64,000 bases of DNA from Felis catus (Eukaryota). The notes beneath the pieces were generated by a model, which made no database searches, was not told the origin of the DNA, and saw nothing but the letters and a program-made list of their open reading frames with translations. The position numbers were made by a program, and so were the translations under genes. Shown piece by piece: positions 37,393 through 50,711 of this stretch. Numbering within the stretch: position 1 is the stretch's first letter; each line of letters opens with the position of its first letter. The stretch spans positions 205,594,001 through 205,658,000 of the forward strand of contig NC_058368.1 in NCBI RefSeq assembly GCF_018350175.1, given 5' to 3'.

Positions 37393-38527
37393 TGTGTGTT
37401 ATTACATTAAGCAGCAAAGGCATGGTTACTGAGGATACAAAGAGGCCACAACATGTCCCTCTGAAGGGAATTTATTGCCATTCTTCAGGATAATGTTTTT
37501 AATATTAGAGTATTTATTACCGGTGAGGTAATGTTTAAATAAATCAATTTGCCATTTTATTATGCAACTGCGATAGAATCCAGGCCTTCCAGTATTCCTT
37601 GAGCTTAAGCTTAGCTCTCAGAGCTGGCTTTAAACAATTTCACTGCCATCACTGCCTGGGATTCCTCTTTCTCCCCAGTGTACTGGCATCCTTGATATAC
37701 ATGCAGGCAAAGCCATCCAAGTGACCTAGACCTTTCTAGGTCCAAGGAGCACTTGAGTGGCTCCCTCTGTTCATTTTCCCTGGAACTTGAGATTCATGTG
37801 TGTATACTTTTTAGTCATTGAAAGTAGATCTTATTTTTTTGAAAGTTTGCATAAAGGCCAGATGGGTTTTCTCCAAGATTGATATGGAAAAGCTAATGGT
37901 CAAAGAGCTTAAGTGTATTTGTCTTGTTTGCATAGTGAAGGTTGATTGGCTTGGGATCCGGGGATACTGATAAAAATAAAAGCCATAAATTCAGCATGTA
38001 TCGGGATGCAAACAGTGTTCCCATGAAGATCAATATTCCCTCCAGAGGACCATTACGGGAAAGTCCGGAGGACTTTCACCTACAAAACCATCTATGGGAC
38101 TACCATAACCCTGAACTGAGGTACACTCCCAGTTTAATATAATCAATTAGGAGCCATGGAATGTAAGAATTACATGGACAGATGGGCCTATCACTCCATT
38201 CTTTACCCTTGGAGGCTGCTCAGTTCTCTGGTGTTAGAAAGATATTCTAATAGGAAAACTCCTCAATGCCACATACCTCTAGGAAGGAAATTGGCCCATC
38301 TTCCCATTTAAATGATAGTTGGAAAGCTTTTACCATTTAACCAATAATCCATTCTCCTAAAAGAATGTCACCCTGGCTATGACCTCTGGATCAGTGGTGT
38401 GTCAGGCAACTATATTTCTTACAATTCCAGTGAACAGAGATCCTCCTGATATAGGATTTCATACTGTTAAAGAGTGAGGTTGTTGTGATCTTTACTAATG
38501 CACTTTAATTCCTAAGCTGGTGGAAAC

Positions 38528-38945
38528 TGTGATGGTTAACTTTATGGTCAAATTGGGGAATGGGGTGACCAGACATTTGGGGAAACATTCTGGGTGTGTC
38601 TCTGAGGGTGTTTCTGGATGAGATTAACATTTAAAGTGGTAGATTGAGTAAAGCAGATTACCTTTTCTAATGTGGGTGAACCTCATCCAATCAGCTGAAG
38701 GACTGCATAGGACAAAAAGGGTGACTCTCCACTGAGTAAAAGAAATTCTTCCTGCCAGATAGCCTTTGAACTAGGACATTGGCTTTTCCTGCATTCAGAC
38801 TTAACTGAAACATTAGCTCTTCCTGAGCCAGTCTTCAGGCTGGAACTATACCATTGATTCTTCTGGGTCTCCAACTTGCTGACTTACCCTGCAGATCTGG
38901 GGACCTGTTGGTTTTTGTAATTACATGAGTCAATTTCTTAAAATT
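38528..38945 (+). mobile_element. MLT2-family (ERVL) LTR
   Basis: 'tgtgatggttaactttatg...gagggtgtttctggatgagattaacatt...ctcatccaatcagctgaagg'. Confidence 0.88.
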
Positions 38946-38956
38946 ATTTATTTATT

Positions 38957-38987
<31 letters not shown>

Positions 38988-39024
38988 TTAAACTCTCTAT
39001 ATATTATAGGTAAATAATAGAGAG

Positions 39025-39150
39025 AAAGTTTCCCCCACTATCCAAAACTAGAACATTCCTATGGCATCTTTTGTAAGCCAAAATGTTGTAAAGCAAAGAA
39101 GCAATTACTATTAATTTATATGGAAAATGTTTTTAGTGTTCCCAAACCAA
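39025..39150 (+). mobile_element. Probable TcMar-Tigger terminal fragment
   Basis: 'ccccactatccaaaactagaacattcctatg...gtaagccaaaatgttgtaaagcaaagaagcaattactattaatttatatggaaaa' resembles a Tigger terminus from memory. Confidence 0.45.
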
Positions 39151-40292
39151 GAATGAGTAAGAAGTGGTCTAGACTTAGCTGAAAAGGGCCAGTTTAGGGC
39201 CCAAGAATCTGGCTATCCCATTGGCTAAGGTCTTTACTAGCACTTCTCTATCCAGAGTAATCCTTGCATGGCTTTCCATTGGTTCCTAGTAGCACTGTAC
39301 CACCTCTGTTCCTCTCCGTCCCATTCAGGGTGCAGTGAACACAGAGGTACCCTGGGCTTACCCTGTGAGGCTGCTCATCCTTCCCAGAAACTGAGGCAGC
39401 TCTTTCAGACATCCTGCTTCTGTAGGACAGTAGTAAACACCATAAACCCAACTGGGCAGAGACAGTAATCCAATGGCAATAGTGTTCGAGAGCTGTTTTT
39501 CAGCAGGCTGGAACATTTTTTCAAAGCCAACTCGATAGCTCCTTTAAAATCGGCTCAGTATAGCATCTCCTCAGTTGTGGAAAGGGTCCTTCATGTGAAT
39601 TCATCTAATTTTTCTTTTGTTTAGTGACAGGAAATTTTCTCTTAATTCTTTTCTTTCTCCTTCCTGCTTACATCCTGGCCTTCATTCCAATTTGAAGTCC
39701 AACAAGAGTTCTCAGAATTTCCAGTGCGAAGAATCACATTGGGTGTTTGGTAACTATCTGGGTTCTCAGAACCTACCTTCAAGAAATCTGAAGTAAGTCT
39801 AGAAATGAGCATTTTAAATAAGAACCAAGAAAATTATGATGCAGGAGTCCTCAACTTATATTCCGTGAGAAAAGTTTTAGCCTTTGCTGCTCGAATTTAA
39901 GGAGTTATCAGTGATTGTATCATATCTGAATCCATTTTCAGCTTCATTGCTTTTATGTACTTTATTTTTTCCATTTTAGTGTCAGAAAATCTTGCCACTA
40001 TCTTGTCACTATGTTGAATGAATTTTTAAGATGTAAAAATATGTATCTAAACATTGCTTCACAAAGTGAACTTTAAACCAGACCTTTCATTGCAACAAAG
40101 ATTGTATTTAAGCAAAATTTTAAAGAAAAAGAAAAATTTATCATGTTTACCTTTCTGTTATTAAAATTCTACAGAATAAAATATATTTGATAATAGTTAA
40201 GATTTAAATGGAATTCGTAGGACTTTTTTCTCCAACCTAAGAGGTTTGTCTCTGTCTTCTGTGCCTGTCTCTATATCTTTCTCTCTTATTTT

Positions 40293-40306
40293 TTTAAAAA
40301 AAATAT

Positions 40307-40345
<39 letters not shown>

Positions 40346-40391
40346 TATATTTGAGAGAGAGAGAGAGACTGCAAGCTGGGGAGAAGGGCAT

Positions 40392-40446
<55 letters not shown>

Positions 40447-40569
40447 CTCAAGCAGGCTCCACCCTGAGCACTGAGCCTGACATGGGGCTTGATCCCATAA
40501 CCCTGGGATCATGATCTGAGCTGAAATCAAGAGTCAGACATTCAACTGACTGAGCCACCCAGGGGCCCC
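40293..40569 (-). mobile_element. CanSINE with (TTTA)n tail and long (GA)n
   Basis: TSD-like ctttctctc(t/c)tatttt at 40277-40292 and 40569-40584. Confidence 0.93.
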
Positions 40570-41124
40570 TTTCTCTCCTATTTTAATTCAGTGAGAGAGA
40601 AAACTATTTTTTCCTATTGGATCAGATTTTCTGCATTCAAAGTGTAAATGAGTCCCATGGTGGAGTTTATCTTCAGGGCACTATAAATATCAAATTATTA
40701 GTTGCTCCAACATATCATAGGGCAAATTTTGCTTTTTAAAAATATTATTCTGATTAAGAAATGAAGAGATTCCTGGAAAATTAGATATTGATTAGATTTA
40801 ATTTCCCATATAAATAAAAGTTTGTTAATCAAGTGGCATTTTAAGTACTCTGAGGATTTGGGATATCTTGAGGAAACTTGTAACCAATTTCTTGGTAAAG
40901 TGAGCACCAATTTGTCACATGAATAGCCATCCCTAATTTAGTGGAAGTATACATTTGGTCATCTGTACACTGTATTCTGTTAAAATCAGATACAATGTGC
41001 CTGTTTGAATAGCTATGATCAGGCCATAAACAAACGAGACAGAGATGAGTGTGGCTTCTCTGGAGAACAGGAAGGAAATGGATCTTGCTGGAGTGGGTGG
41101 GGAAGGAGGGAGGGAAATGACACG

Positions 41125-41310
41125 TTGAGTGTTAAGCACTGAGCTAAGTCTTTATGTCTGGTACCTTATTTAATTATCAAAATCCTACCAGGTAAACATT
41201 ATTATTATCCTCATTTTATGGATGTAAACAATTTGAGTTTAGGTAACGACTAAAGTCACAGAGATGGTAGGTAGCAGACTGGGATTTTAGTCTAGACCTG
41301 ATTGAAAACC
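41125..41310 (-). mobile_element. MIR
   Basis: 'attattatcctcattttatggatgtaaaca...ggtaacgactaaagtcacagag...ggtagcagactgggatt'. Confidence 0.75.
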
Positions 41311-41949
41311 CCATGGTCATTCCATTGCCCAGTGGCTGACTCTTGCATGATGGAGGATAAGGTATAGGATCTGGAATGAGTACACCGAAGGTTTTCATCC
41401 TGCCATTTATTCATAGACTCAGCTATTTCCTACTTTAAATAATATATAAGCTTCTTTCAACAGCATTCATCAGCTAATCTCATCAGCCCTGAAAATCACC
41501 CACTTTTGTCCACCAAAATACTTAGGGGAACAGATCATCTAGACAAGAAATTGGAAGTGACCTAAAGTGATTATATATAGTTCTATTGCTCTGCCTTAAA
41601 ACTGTCTGATAAAACTATCAATGGCATAGTTGCATACTGTGTATGGTCTCTGTATTTATTTTGTAATAGCTTTTTGAGGTACAGTTGGTATACAGTAATA
41701 TTCATATATTTAAATTGTGCAAGTTGATAAGTTTTCACACACATGAATCGATAATCAAAGTCAAGATAATAAACATGTCTATCACCCCTTTGTAATTACT
41801 TCCGCCCACCCCTAGCCCTTTGACATCCCTAGGCAACCATGAATCTACTTTTTGTTAGTATTGATTACTTTTATATTTTCTAGAATTTAATATAAAGGAA
41901 TTGCGTAGGATGTACTCAGTTTTGTCTGGCTTCTTTAACTCAGGATGTA

Positions 41950-42160
41950 TATTTTTAAATGGTTATTTATTTCTGAGAGAGAGAAAGAGAGAGCACAAGC
42001 AGGGGAGGGGCAGAGAGAGAGGCAGACATAGAATCTGAGGCAGGATGAAGGTTCTGAGCTGTCAGTGCACAGCCCTGCGTGGGGCTCAAAGTCATGAACC
42101 ATGAGATCATGACCTGAGTCAAAGTCGGATGCTTAACCGACTAAGCCACTCACGGGCCCC
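41950..42160 (-). mobile_element. CanSINE nested in L1M
   Basis: TSD taactcaggat on both sides. Confidence 0.92.
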
Positions 42161-43627
42161 TAACTCAGGATATTTTTGAGATCCATCCATATTGTATCAA
42201 TCATTCACTTGTATCAATAGTTCATTTCCCTTTTGTTGCTTAACGATAGTCCACTGATATATCACAGTTTGTCCATTCACCTGTCGATGGACATTTGTCT
42301 CCAGTTTTTGATGATCATAATGAAGTGGCTATGAACATTTGTGAGCAAGTCTTTGTATAAACATATCATTTTATTTCACTACCACTACATACCTAGAAGT
42401 GGAATCATTGCATCATATGGGAGATATATTTAGCTTTTAAGAAACTTCCAAAGTTTTTCCGAAATAGTAAGTACCATTTTACACTCCCATTGACAGTATG
42501 TGAGAATTCCAATTGCTACACATCCTCAACAAATCTTGATATTATCAGTCTTTTTGAATTTTAGATATTTTAATAGATAGGTAGCAGTATCTCATTGGGG
42601 CTTAAAGTTGTACTTTCCTAATAAATAATGAGTTTGAACAACTTTTCATGAATTTATTTGTCATTTAAATATATTCTTTGGAAACATGCCTGTTTAAAAC
42701 TTTTGCTCCCTTTTAAAAATTAAGTCATGCATGTGTTTTCTTATTATCGTAATAAGAAACTCTTTATATATTCTGTATATAAGGTCCTTGGATACATTTT
42801 CTCCAATATGTGACCTGCCTTTTAGTGAGCAAACTTCACTCTTAATTTTGGTGAAGTTTGATTTTTCAAACTCATACTTTTGGTGTTGTATCTAAGCTAT
42901 CTTTGTATAGCTCAAAATTACAATGATTTCCTCCTACTTTCTAGAAGTTTTACAGGTTCAGATTTTACATTTAGGTCTATGATCTCTTTTGAGTTATTTT
43001 TTGTATGTGCTATGAATATGGATTCAAGTTCTTTTTTCTTTGCTTGCCTCTCTATACCCAGTTGTGCCAATACCATTTGTCAAAAAGAATATTTTTTCTC
43101 CAGTTATCGTTGCACATTAAAAAAAAATCAATTGACCATAAACGTAAGGGCCTATTTCTGGACACTCTATTCTCTTCCACTTATGTGTCTATCCATTTTG
43201 ATACCAATACCACATTGTCTTTATTGCTGTGGTTTTATAATAAGTCTTGGAATCAGACTGTATAAGTCCTTAAAATTTCCTTTCTTTTACTTTTTCCTTT
43301 TCTTTCTTTTTTTTAAGTTTCGGCTTTCATAGATTCTTTGCATTTCCATTCAAGTTTTAGAATCAGCTTGTCAATTTCTACAAAAGGCCTTTTAAAATTT
43401 CAATTGTATTTGCATGGTATTTACAGATCACCTTAAGGAGAACTGACATTTTAACAATATTGTCTTATGATCCACGAATATGCTATATCTCTATCTTTTA
43501 AGTTGTAAAGACATTTCTCTTAACAATATTTCTTAGTTTCTAGTTTGAAGGACTTGCACATCTTTTGTCAAATGTATCCCTAAGTCTTTTGTATTTTTGA
43601 TGCTATTATAAATCATATTGTTTTTAT

Positions 43628-43843
43628 TTTATTTTCTTTAAATTTTTTAGTGCTTATTTATTTTTGAGAGACAAAGAGGGAGACAGAGCTTGAGTGGGGG
43701 AAGCTCAGGGAGAGAGGCAGACACAGAATCCGAAGCAGGCTCCTAGCTCTGAGCTGTTAGCACCAAGCCCAATGCGGGGCTTGAACTCACAGACTGTGAG
43801 ATCATGACCTGAGCTGGAGTCAAACACTTAACCGACTAAGCCA
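43628..43843 (-). mobile_element. CanSINE nested in L1M, lacking the first ~12 nt of its head
   Basis: Ends ...accgactaagcca with no cccaggcgcccc; TSD catattgttttt. Confidence 0.9.
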
Positions 43844-44471
43844 TATTGTTTTTTATTTTCAATTTTAAGTTGTTTGATGCTAATGCATAGAAATAATGTT
43901 GGCTTTTGTGTATTGCGAACCTCCCCAAACTCGCTGATGAACTCTAGTAGATTTGTTGAGATTTCATAAGCTTTTCTACACAGGTGATCATGTTGTCTGT
44001 AAATAAGAACAGTATTACTTCTTATATAATCTGAGTAGCTATTTATTTTTATTGCCTCATTGAATTGGCTAGGTTAAAGGAATAGAAGTTGTCGAATAGA
44101 AGTGGTGACAGTAAACATCCTCAATTTGTTCCTAATATTACAGAGAGAAAGCATTTGGTCTTTCACAATTAAGCGCAATATTGGATGTAGATTTCTTTGT
44201 AAATGTCTTTTATCAGGTTGAGGAAGTTTGCTTTTATTGCTAGTATGCTGGGAATTTTTATCAGTAATTGATGTTAGATTTTTGTGAAATACTTTTCTGC
44301 ATCTCTTAGAATGATATGTTTGATTTTTAAAAATATATTAATATTTTAAATTATACCCATTTTCCATTTGTTAAAACAAACTTGCATCCCTAGGGTAAAT
44401 TTCACTTGATCATGATATTATCTTTTTGATATGTTATTGGATTTTTGTTGATAACATTTTGTTAAGAAAAA

Positions 44472-44507
44472 TTTTTTTATTAAAAAAATTTTTTTTTAAT
44501 CTTTATT

Positions 44508-44548
<41 letters not shown>

Positions 44549-44698
44549 AGTGGGGGAACAGAAAGAAAGAGGGAGACACAAAATCTGAAGCAGGCTCCAG
44601 GCTCCAAGCTGTCAGCACAGAGCCTGACGCAGGGCTTGAACTCACCAACTGCAAGATCACGACCTGAGCTGAAGTCCAACTGAGCCAACCAGGTGCCC
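44472..44698 (-). mobile_element. CanSINE
   Basis: (ga)n; ...gagccaaccaggtgccc; TSD tgttaagaa. Confidence 0.9.
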
Positions 44699-44704
44699 TG
44701 TTAA

Positions 44705-45026
44705 GAATTTTTTAAATTTAAATTTTAGTTAGCCAACATACAATGCAATATTGGTTTCAGGAGTAGACTTCAGTGATTCATTACTTACATACAATACCCA
44801 GTGCTCACCATAACAGTGCCCTCCTTAATACCCATCACCCATCTAGCCCATCCCCACTGGCCTCCCTCCATCAACTGTCAGTTTGTTCTATATCATTAAG
44901 AGTCTCTTGTGGTTTGCTTCCCTCTCTCTTCTTTTCCCCCCTTCCCATATATTTACCTGTTTTATTTATTTTTTTCAGTATATTTTATTTTTTTATTATT
45001 TATTTTTTAAAGTTTATTTTGGGGGG

Positions 45027-45069
<43 letters not shown>

Positions 45070-45910
45070 TGAGAATACAAGCTGGGGAGGGGCAGAGAGA
45101 GAGAGACACACACACACACACACAATCCAAAGCCAGCTTCAGGCTCTGGGCTGTCTGCGCAGAGCCTGATGTGGGGCTCAAACCCATGAACCGTAAGATT
45201 ATGACCTGAACCAAAGTCAGATGCTTAACTGATTGAGCCACCCAGTTATCCCTCACCTGTTTTGTTTCTTAATTTCCACATATGACTGAAATCATATGGT
45301 ATTTATCTTTCTCTGACTAACTCATTTCACTTAACATAAGTGATTTCTAGTTCCATCTACATCATTGCAAATGGCAAAATTTCATTCTTTTTGATGGCTA
45401 AGTAATATTCCACTGTGTATATATACCACATCTTCTTTATCCATTCATCAGTCGATGGACATTTGGGCTCTCTCCATAGTTTGGCTATCATTGATAATGC
45501 TGCCATAAACATTGGGGTGAGTGTACACCTTCAAATCTGTATTTTTGTATCCTTTGGGTAAATACCTAATAGTGCAATTACAAAGCAACAGAAAAAGAAA
45601 TAAAAATATCGATCCCATTTGCAATCGCACCAAAAACAATCAGATACCTAGGAATAAACCTGACTAAAGAGGTAAAAGATCTGTACTCTGAAAATTATAG
45701 AAAACTTAAGAAAGAAATTGAAGAGGACACAAAGAAATAGGAAAACATTCCATGCTCATGGATTGGAAGAAAAACATTGTTAAAATGTCCTTACTACCCA
45801 AAGCAATCCACACATATCAAAATACCAAGCATTTTTGCAAAGCTAGAACAATCATAAAATTTGTATGGAACCACAAAAGACCCTGAATAGTCAAAGAAAC
45901 CCTGCAAAAA
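44705..45910 (-). mobile_element. Carnivore L1 with 5' inversion (minus-strand 3' part 44705-45580; plus-strand ORF2 part 45581-45910)
   Basis: Plus-strand translation TEKEIKISIPFAIAPKTIRYLGINLTKEVKDLYSENYRKLKKEIEEDTKK*ENIPCSWIGR abuts the antisense L1 3' end. Confidence 0.85.
44962..45252 (-). mobile_element. CanSINE nested in the L1 3'UTR
   Basis: TSD acctgtttt; (ga)n and (ca)n internal expansions. Confidence 0.92.
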
Positions 45911-46556
45911 GGAATCTCCACATTTGTTTTCTTGAAGGAAATTAGTTTCATTTACATTTAATGTGATTATTGATATGGTTGGATTTAAATATACTATCTT
46001 GTTATTTCTTTTCTATTATCTCATCTTTATTTTTTTCTCTATGCTTTCTCTTTGATTAACTGAGAAATTGTAATGATTCTACTTTATCTTCTTTGTTGGT
46101 ACATTAACTGTAACTCTTTGTATTGGGTATTTTAGTTTTGTTTCAGTTTGTAGTATAGATCTTCAACCTATCACAGTTTACCTTTATGTGATATTTTACA
46201 TTTAGTATGAGGATATTACAACAGAATACTTCCATTCCCTACTTCTAGGTGTTTTCCTATTGTTAGCAGGCATTTCACTTACATGTATGTCATAAGCTCC
46301 ACAACACACTGTTATTATTTATGCTTTAAATAGAAAATTATTTTTCAAAGAGATTTAAATAATAAGAAAAACATCTTTTTCTCTTTTTCAATGGAGTTAC
46401 CATTTCCAGTGTTCTTCATTCATTTCATAGATCAGATTTACATCTGGAACCATCTCTTTTCTTTTTGAATGACTTCCTTTAACATTTCTTGTAATACACA
46501 CCTTTTGGCGATAAATTCTTTCAGCTTTTGGATCGAAAAAGTCTTCTTTTTGCCTT

Positions 46557-46746
46557 TATTTGTTTTTTAAATTTATTTATTTTGAACAGGAGAGAGAGAG
46601 AGAGAGAACTGGGGAGGGGCAGAGATAGAGGGAGCCTGAGCTAAGCATGAAGCTCAACTCAGGGCTCAATCTTAGGACCTCGAGATCACCACCTGAGCCA
46701 CTATCAAGAGTAGGATGCTTAACTGACTGAGCCACCCAGGCGCCCC
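46557..46746 (-). mobile_element. CanSINE
   Basis: ...actgactgagccacccaggcgcccc head. Confidence 0.9.
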
Positions 46747-46821
46747 TTCATCTTTGTTTTTGAGCTCAAGGTTGATAGCTTTTGTTTTGTTTCTTTCTGT
46801 GCTTTAGGATGTTGCTCTACT

Positions 46822-47069
46822 GCTTTCTGTTTTTTGTTTTGTTTTGTTTTTTGTTTTTTGTTTTACATTTATTTATTTTTGAGGGACAGAATGAGACAGA
46901 GTGCAAGCAGAGGAGGGGCAGACACAGGAGACACAGAATCTGAAGCAGGCTCCAGGCTCCTGGCAAGCGTTCAGCACAGAGTCTGATGTGGGGCTCAAAC
47001 CCACAAACCATGAGATCATGACCTAAGCTGAAATTGGACACTTAACCAACTGAGTCATCGAGACACCCC
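46822..47069 (-). mobile_element. CanSINE with (TTTTG)n tail
   Basis: acacagaatctgaagcaggctccaggctc...catgagatcatgacctaagctgaa. Confidence 0.9.
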
Positions 47070-47376
47070 TTTTCTGGCTTTTCTTATGGAAAATCTGGAG
47101 TAATTCTCACTTTTATTCCTATGTGTATAATACGTATTTGTTTTCCTCTGCCTGCTTTTTAAGGTTTCTTTTTTATCACTGTTTTTAAGCAATTTGATTA
47201 AGATATGCCTTAGTGTAGTTTTCTTTATATTTCTTGTACGTGGGGTTCATTGAACATTTTGGACTTGCACATTTAGTTGGAATTGAATATAAAAATATTC
47301 TTTCATTGTTTCTTTTTTGTCACTTCTTATTTTTCCTCTGTCATGGAGACTCTACATACAAAATTTGGGAAGCTTA

Positions 47377-47600
47377 GGGCGCCTGGGTAGCTCAGGGGGC
47401 ACCTGGGTGGCTCAGTCAGTGGAGCATCCAACTCTTTGTCTCAGCTCAGGTCATGATCTCACAATTCATGAGATTGAGCCCCATATTGGGCTCTGCACTG
47501 ATAATGGGGAAACTTCTTCTCCCTCCACCCCTCCCCTACTTGTGAGTGTGCTTTCTTTCTCTCAAAATAAATAAAAATAAACGTAAAAAAAATAAATAAA
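47377..47600 (+). mobile_element. CanSINE with tandemly duplicated 5' head
   Basis: gggcgcctgggtagctcag followed immediately by ggggcacctgggtggctcagtc. Confidence 0.9.
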
Positions 47601-47769
47601 GTTTGAGAAGGTTGAAGCTGTCTCAAGGCTTGCTGTGGCTATTCAGCAGTAAAACTAGGGGTAGTATGACTAAGGGACTGGTTTTTAAATTTTATTTAAT
47701 TTTAATTAATTTATATATAAATTTATGTAGCCATGTGGCCAGCGGCTTAAATATTGGATAGTGCCAATG

Positions 47770-49030
47770 TGGAGGATGAAAACAGACAATAAGCAGATAG
47801 GCAAGAATTGTCTAGTGGTTGTAAATACTATGAAGGAAGATAAATCGTGGTAAGAGGTTGGAAGGAGAGCTGAGATGAAGGTGTGGTGCCTCTTTATGTA
47901 AATGTTCAGCGAAGGCCTCCCTGAAAAGGTGCACTTGAGCCAAATCCTGTCAAAATAAGGGAGCAAGACCAGTGTTTGTATAGAAGAAAAGAAATTCTGG
48001 CAGAAGGAACTTTAAATACAGAACCCCTGATCAGGGGGCATTTTTGATGTCCCCAAGGATCAGCAAGGAGGCCAGTATGAATGGAGTAAACTCAAGTGAA
48101 GGGAGAGTGATAAAGACAATGTCAAAGAGGTGTTGGAGCCCGGAGAGGTGAGCCCTTTGCAGGCCATGGGAAAGGCTTGGAATCTATTCTGATTAAATGC
48201 AGAGCTAGTTTAAGTGGTGAGCAGAGGGGTGACATGATCTGGCTTGCATTTTTAAGAACATTGCTCTTGCTGCTGTGTGAAGAATAAACTGGGGAGAGCA
48301 AGGTGGATGGAGAAAGACCGATGGAGAGTCCTTGTAATAACCTGGAGGAGACAGGCTGGCTCCTGGGGGTGTTAGGGGCAAAAGTGTCATGAAGTGGTCA
48401 CATTCTAGATATATTTTGAAACAGAGTAGATAGGATTTGCTGAGGAATTGCATATGTGGCAGGAAATCAATAGAGGGGTCAGAGATGACCTTTAGTTGTT
48501 TGGCTTAAATACTGGAAGGTTGGAATTTTATTTACTGAGAAATGAGAGATTGTATGAGGAAGAGGTTTGCAGGAGGGAAATAGAGCATTTAGTTTTGGAC
48601 ATAAGAAATTTAAGTTGCTTTTTGTGCATGCATATGGAAACTTTGAATTGATACTTATATATAGGACACTAGCTTTAGTGGAGTGTTTGGTTCAGAACCC
48701 ACAAGTGTGGAGGTGGCCTGTGTGTGCATATTTAAAGCCATGGAACCAGGAGCACCTTGGTGGCTCAGTTGGTTAAGAGTCTGACTCTTGATTTTGGCTC
48801 AGGTCATGATCTCCCGGTTTGTGGGTGTTGGGCTGTATTGGGCTCCGTGCTGGCAACCCAGAGCCTGCTTGGGATTCTCTGTCTCCCTGTCTCTCTGCAC
48901 GTCCTTCCCCCCCCCTCTCTCAAAATAAACAAATATACCTTAAGAAAAATAAAGCCATGGAACCAAATGGGATCCCCTAGGCAGTGAGAATTTACAAAGA
49001 GGAGAAAAAACTCAAGACTAAGCCTAACTT
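47770..49030 (-). mobile_element. L2 (about 1 kb), interrupted by a SINE
   Basis: 'aaggcctccctgaaaaggtg...cagcaaggaggccagt...gacatgatctggcttgcatttttaagaacattgctcttgctgctgtgtgaagaata'. Confidence 0.8.
48749..48950 (+). mobile_element. CanSINE with 16-bp TSD
   Basis: TSD taaagccatggaacca at 48733-48748 and 48950-48965. Confidence 0.93.
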
Positions 49031-49829
49031 AACCCGATACTTAACTCGCTTGGACTCTCTTGTCTTCTTTACTATCCGGAATTGTCTGATAACAATGGTA
49101 GCCTTTTCATGCAATTCTGTATGTTTTTGATGAAACGTTGATGCAATGGCCTTGTGGGTGAGATTGAGCCAGAAGAGAGGTCACAGATCACCCTCATAAC
49201 GAAAAAAGCATTTACCTCTTAGACGGAGTAGGTTAGGATTACTAGGAGGGCTAAGAGCTCCTGAATAGGATGAGCCTAAGAAGAATCATTGATCTTTAAG
49301 GAAGAAGTACTGTCCTGGACACGGGGACACTGTGTGTGGTTGTGCAAACTGGGCATTATGCATATCTAGGCTAGGGAGTGCCTTTCCCATAGTGCACATA
49401 GACTTTATATTTATTTTGACAGTTTTCCAGAAGATGGCAGGAAAGAGTCTTAAGGAAGGGATACCTTTTTTTTTTTTTTTTTTTTTTTTATCCAAAGGCA
49501 CCACATTCTCTAAATGTGATGTGGGTCCTGCCCCCCCGCCCCCCCCAGTACTGGAGGATGGCAGCCCTCTTGGAAGGGCTTGGAATTCAGATGTGGAAAG
49601 GGGTTCTTCTGATGAAATCTCTTTCATGTTCCAGCCCCACTCCTAGCATGCAGAACACAGATGTGATTAGGGGTAATTCCTCCCCAGTACAGAGGAACAC
49701 AGTCCAACCTGATAATTTTGATACTAATGCTTTGGTAATTTGACAATTTGTAACTGTCTTTTTATAAACTTCCTGGATCATTGAATCCTCTTTCCTCTCA
49801 TAAACCACCAGCATACAGGTTGAGAGAGG

Positions 49830-50490
49830 TACTGTAGGAAAACAGATTGAAGAAAAGACTGAAAACTCACAGATTTGATGTTAGGCCTACTCTGCCCTTA
49901 ATGGACAAGGTCCTTAGGCAAAGCATTTGACATCATTTAATCTCATTTTCTGCATTTGCAAAATGAGGGAATTGGACGTGCTGATTATCAAATCACTTCT
50001 GGTTTTAAGAACGCCAGGATTCTGAAATCTTCCATGAGATTTTATGTAGGGCTGCCCAGTTAATAAGATAATATTATTTTTCATAGTTTTTCCTGAATAA
50101 TATCAAAGTTGAGAATATGAGGATTTAAATGATATCCCAAATATCCCAGATTTAGAAGAGCGCAACCTGAGACTTGACAATATGGTTCTAGGTAAATGTA
50201 GGTTTATGAGGTGTTAGGAAATGCTCGCTCTGTCGGTACTATCCTTCATCCCACGTTGTGGAGAAAGAACAGCTGACTTTGAAGGTCAGTCAAAAGTTCT
50301 GGGCAGAAGTCTCAACTCTCACTTAACAATCATGACCTTGAGCTACTTATTAAACTTCTCTGACACTTTTTTAATATATAAAATGAGAATGCTAGTATCC
50401 ACTGGAAAGCATTATTGAGTAGATTAATCAAGAATATGTTTGTAAGAGCTTTCAGGAAACTGTAATATGTTTTACCTATCCAAGGGGCTA
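49830..50490 (+). mobile_element. Two MIR fragments (~49830-50030 and ~50260-50490)
   Basis: MIR cores 'ctcattttctgcatttgcaaaatgaggga' and 'catgaccttgagctacttattaaacttctctga...tataaaatgagaat'. Confidence 0.65.
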
Positions 50491-50711
50491 TTAGTATCAT
50501 ACTGAGGACAGTTTTCCATCACAGAGAAGTATCAACAAGTGAAACATACAAACCAGAGGTATTGTTTGATAAAGAGCCTCCCTGCCGCCATAGCATGTTA
50601 TCGTCCCAACATCCCCAGGAGATGTGTTTCATTTTGCCAGTTTTAAAACTGGTAAGGTAACGAAGCTGAATTATAGCTAAGTATAGTTCAACTTTATGTT
50701 ATTTGAAAATG

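Larger units (their letters stand above)
41655..47330 (-). mobile_element. Long ancient L1M (3'UTR, ORF2, inter-ORF and ORF1 remnants) carrying several nested SINEs and a younger L1
   Basis: Continuous antisense L1 motifs (agaatcagcttgtcaatttctac, gaatagaagtggtgacagtaaacatcc, tcatttacatttaatgtgattattgatatggttgg, aacatttcttgtaat...ataaattctttcagcttt). Confidence 0.82.

Noticed and set aside
37940..38090. Slightly CpG-enriched patch with possible minus-strand terminal exon (VKVLRTFP*)
   Set aside because: Weak acceptor and no recognisable protein end.
42880..43332. 150-aa hydrophobic ORF
   Set aside because: Antisense reading of decayed L1 ORF2.
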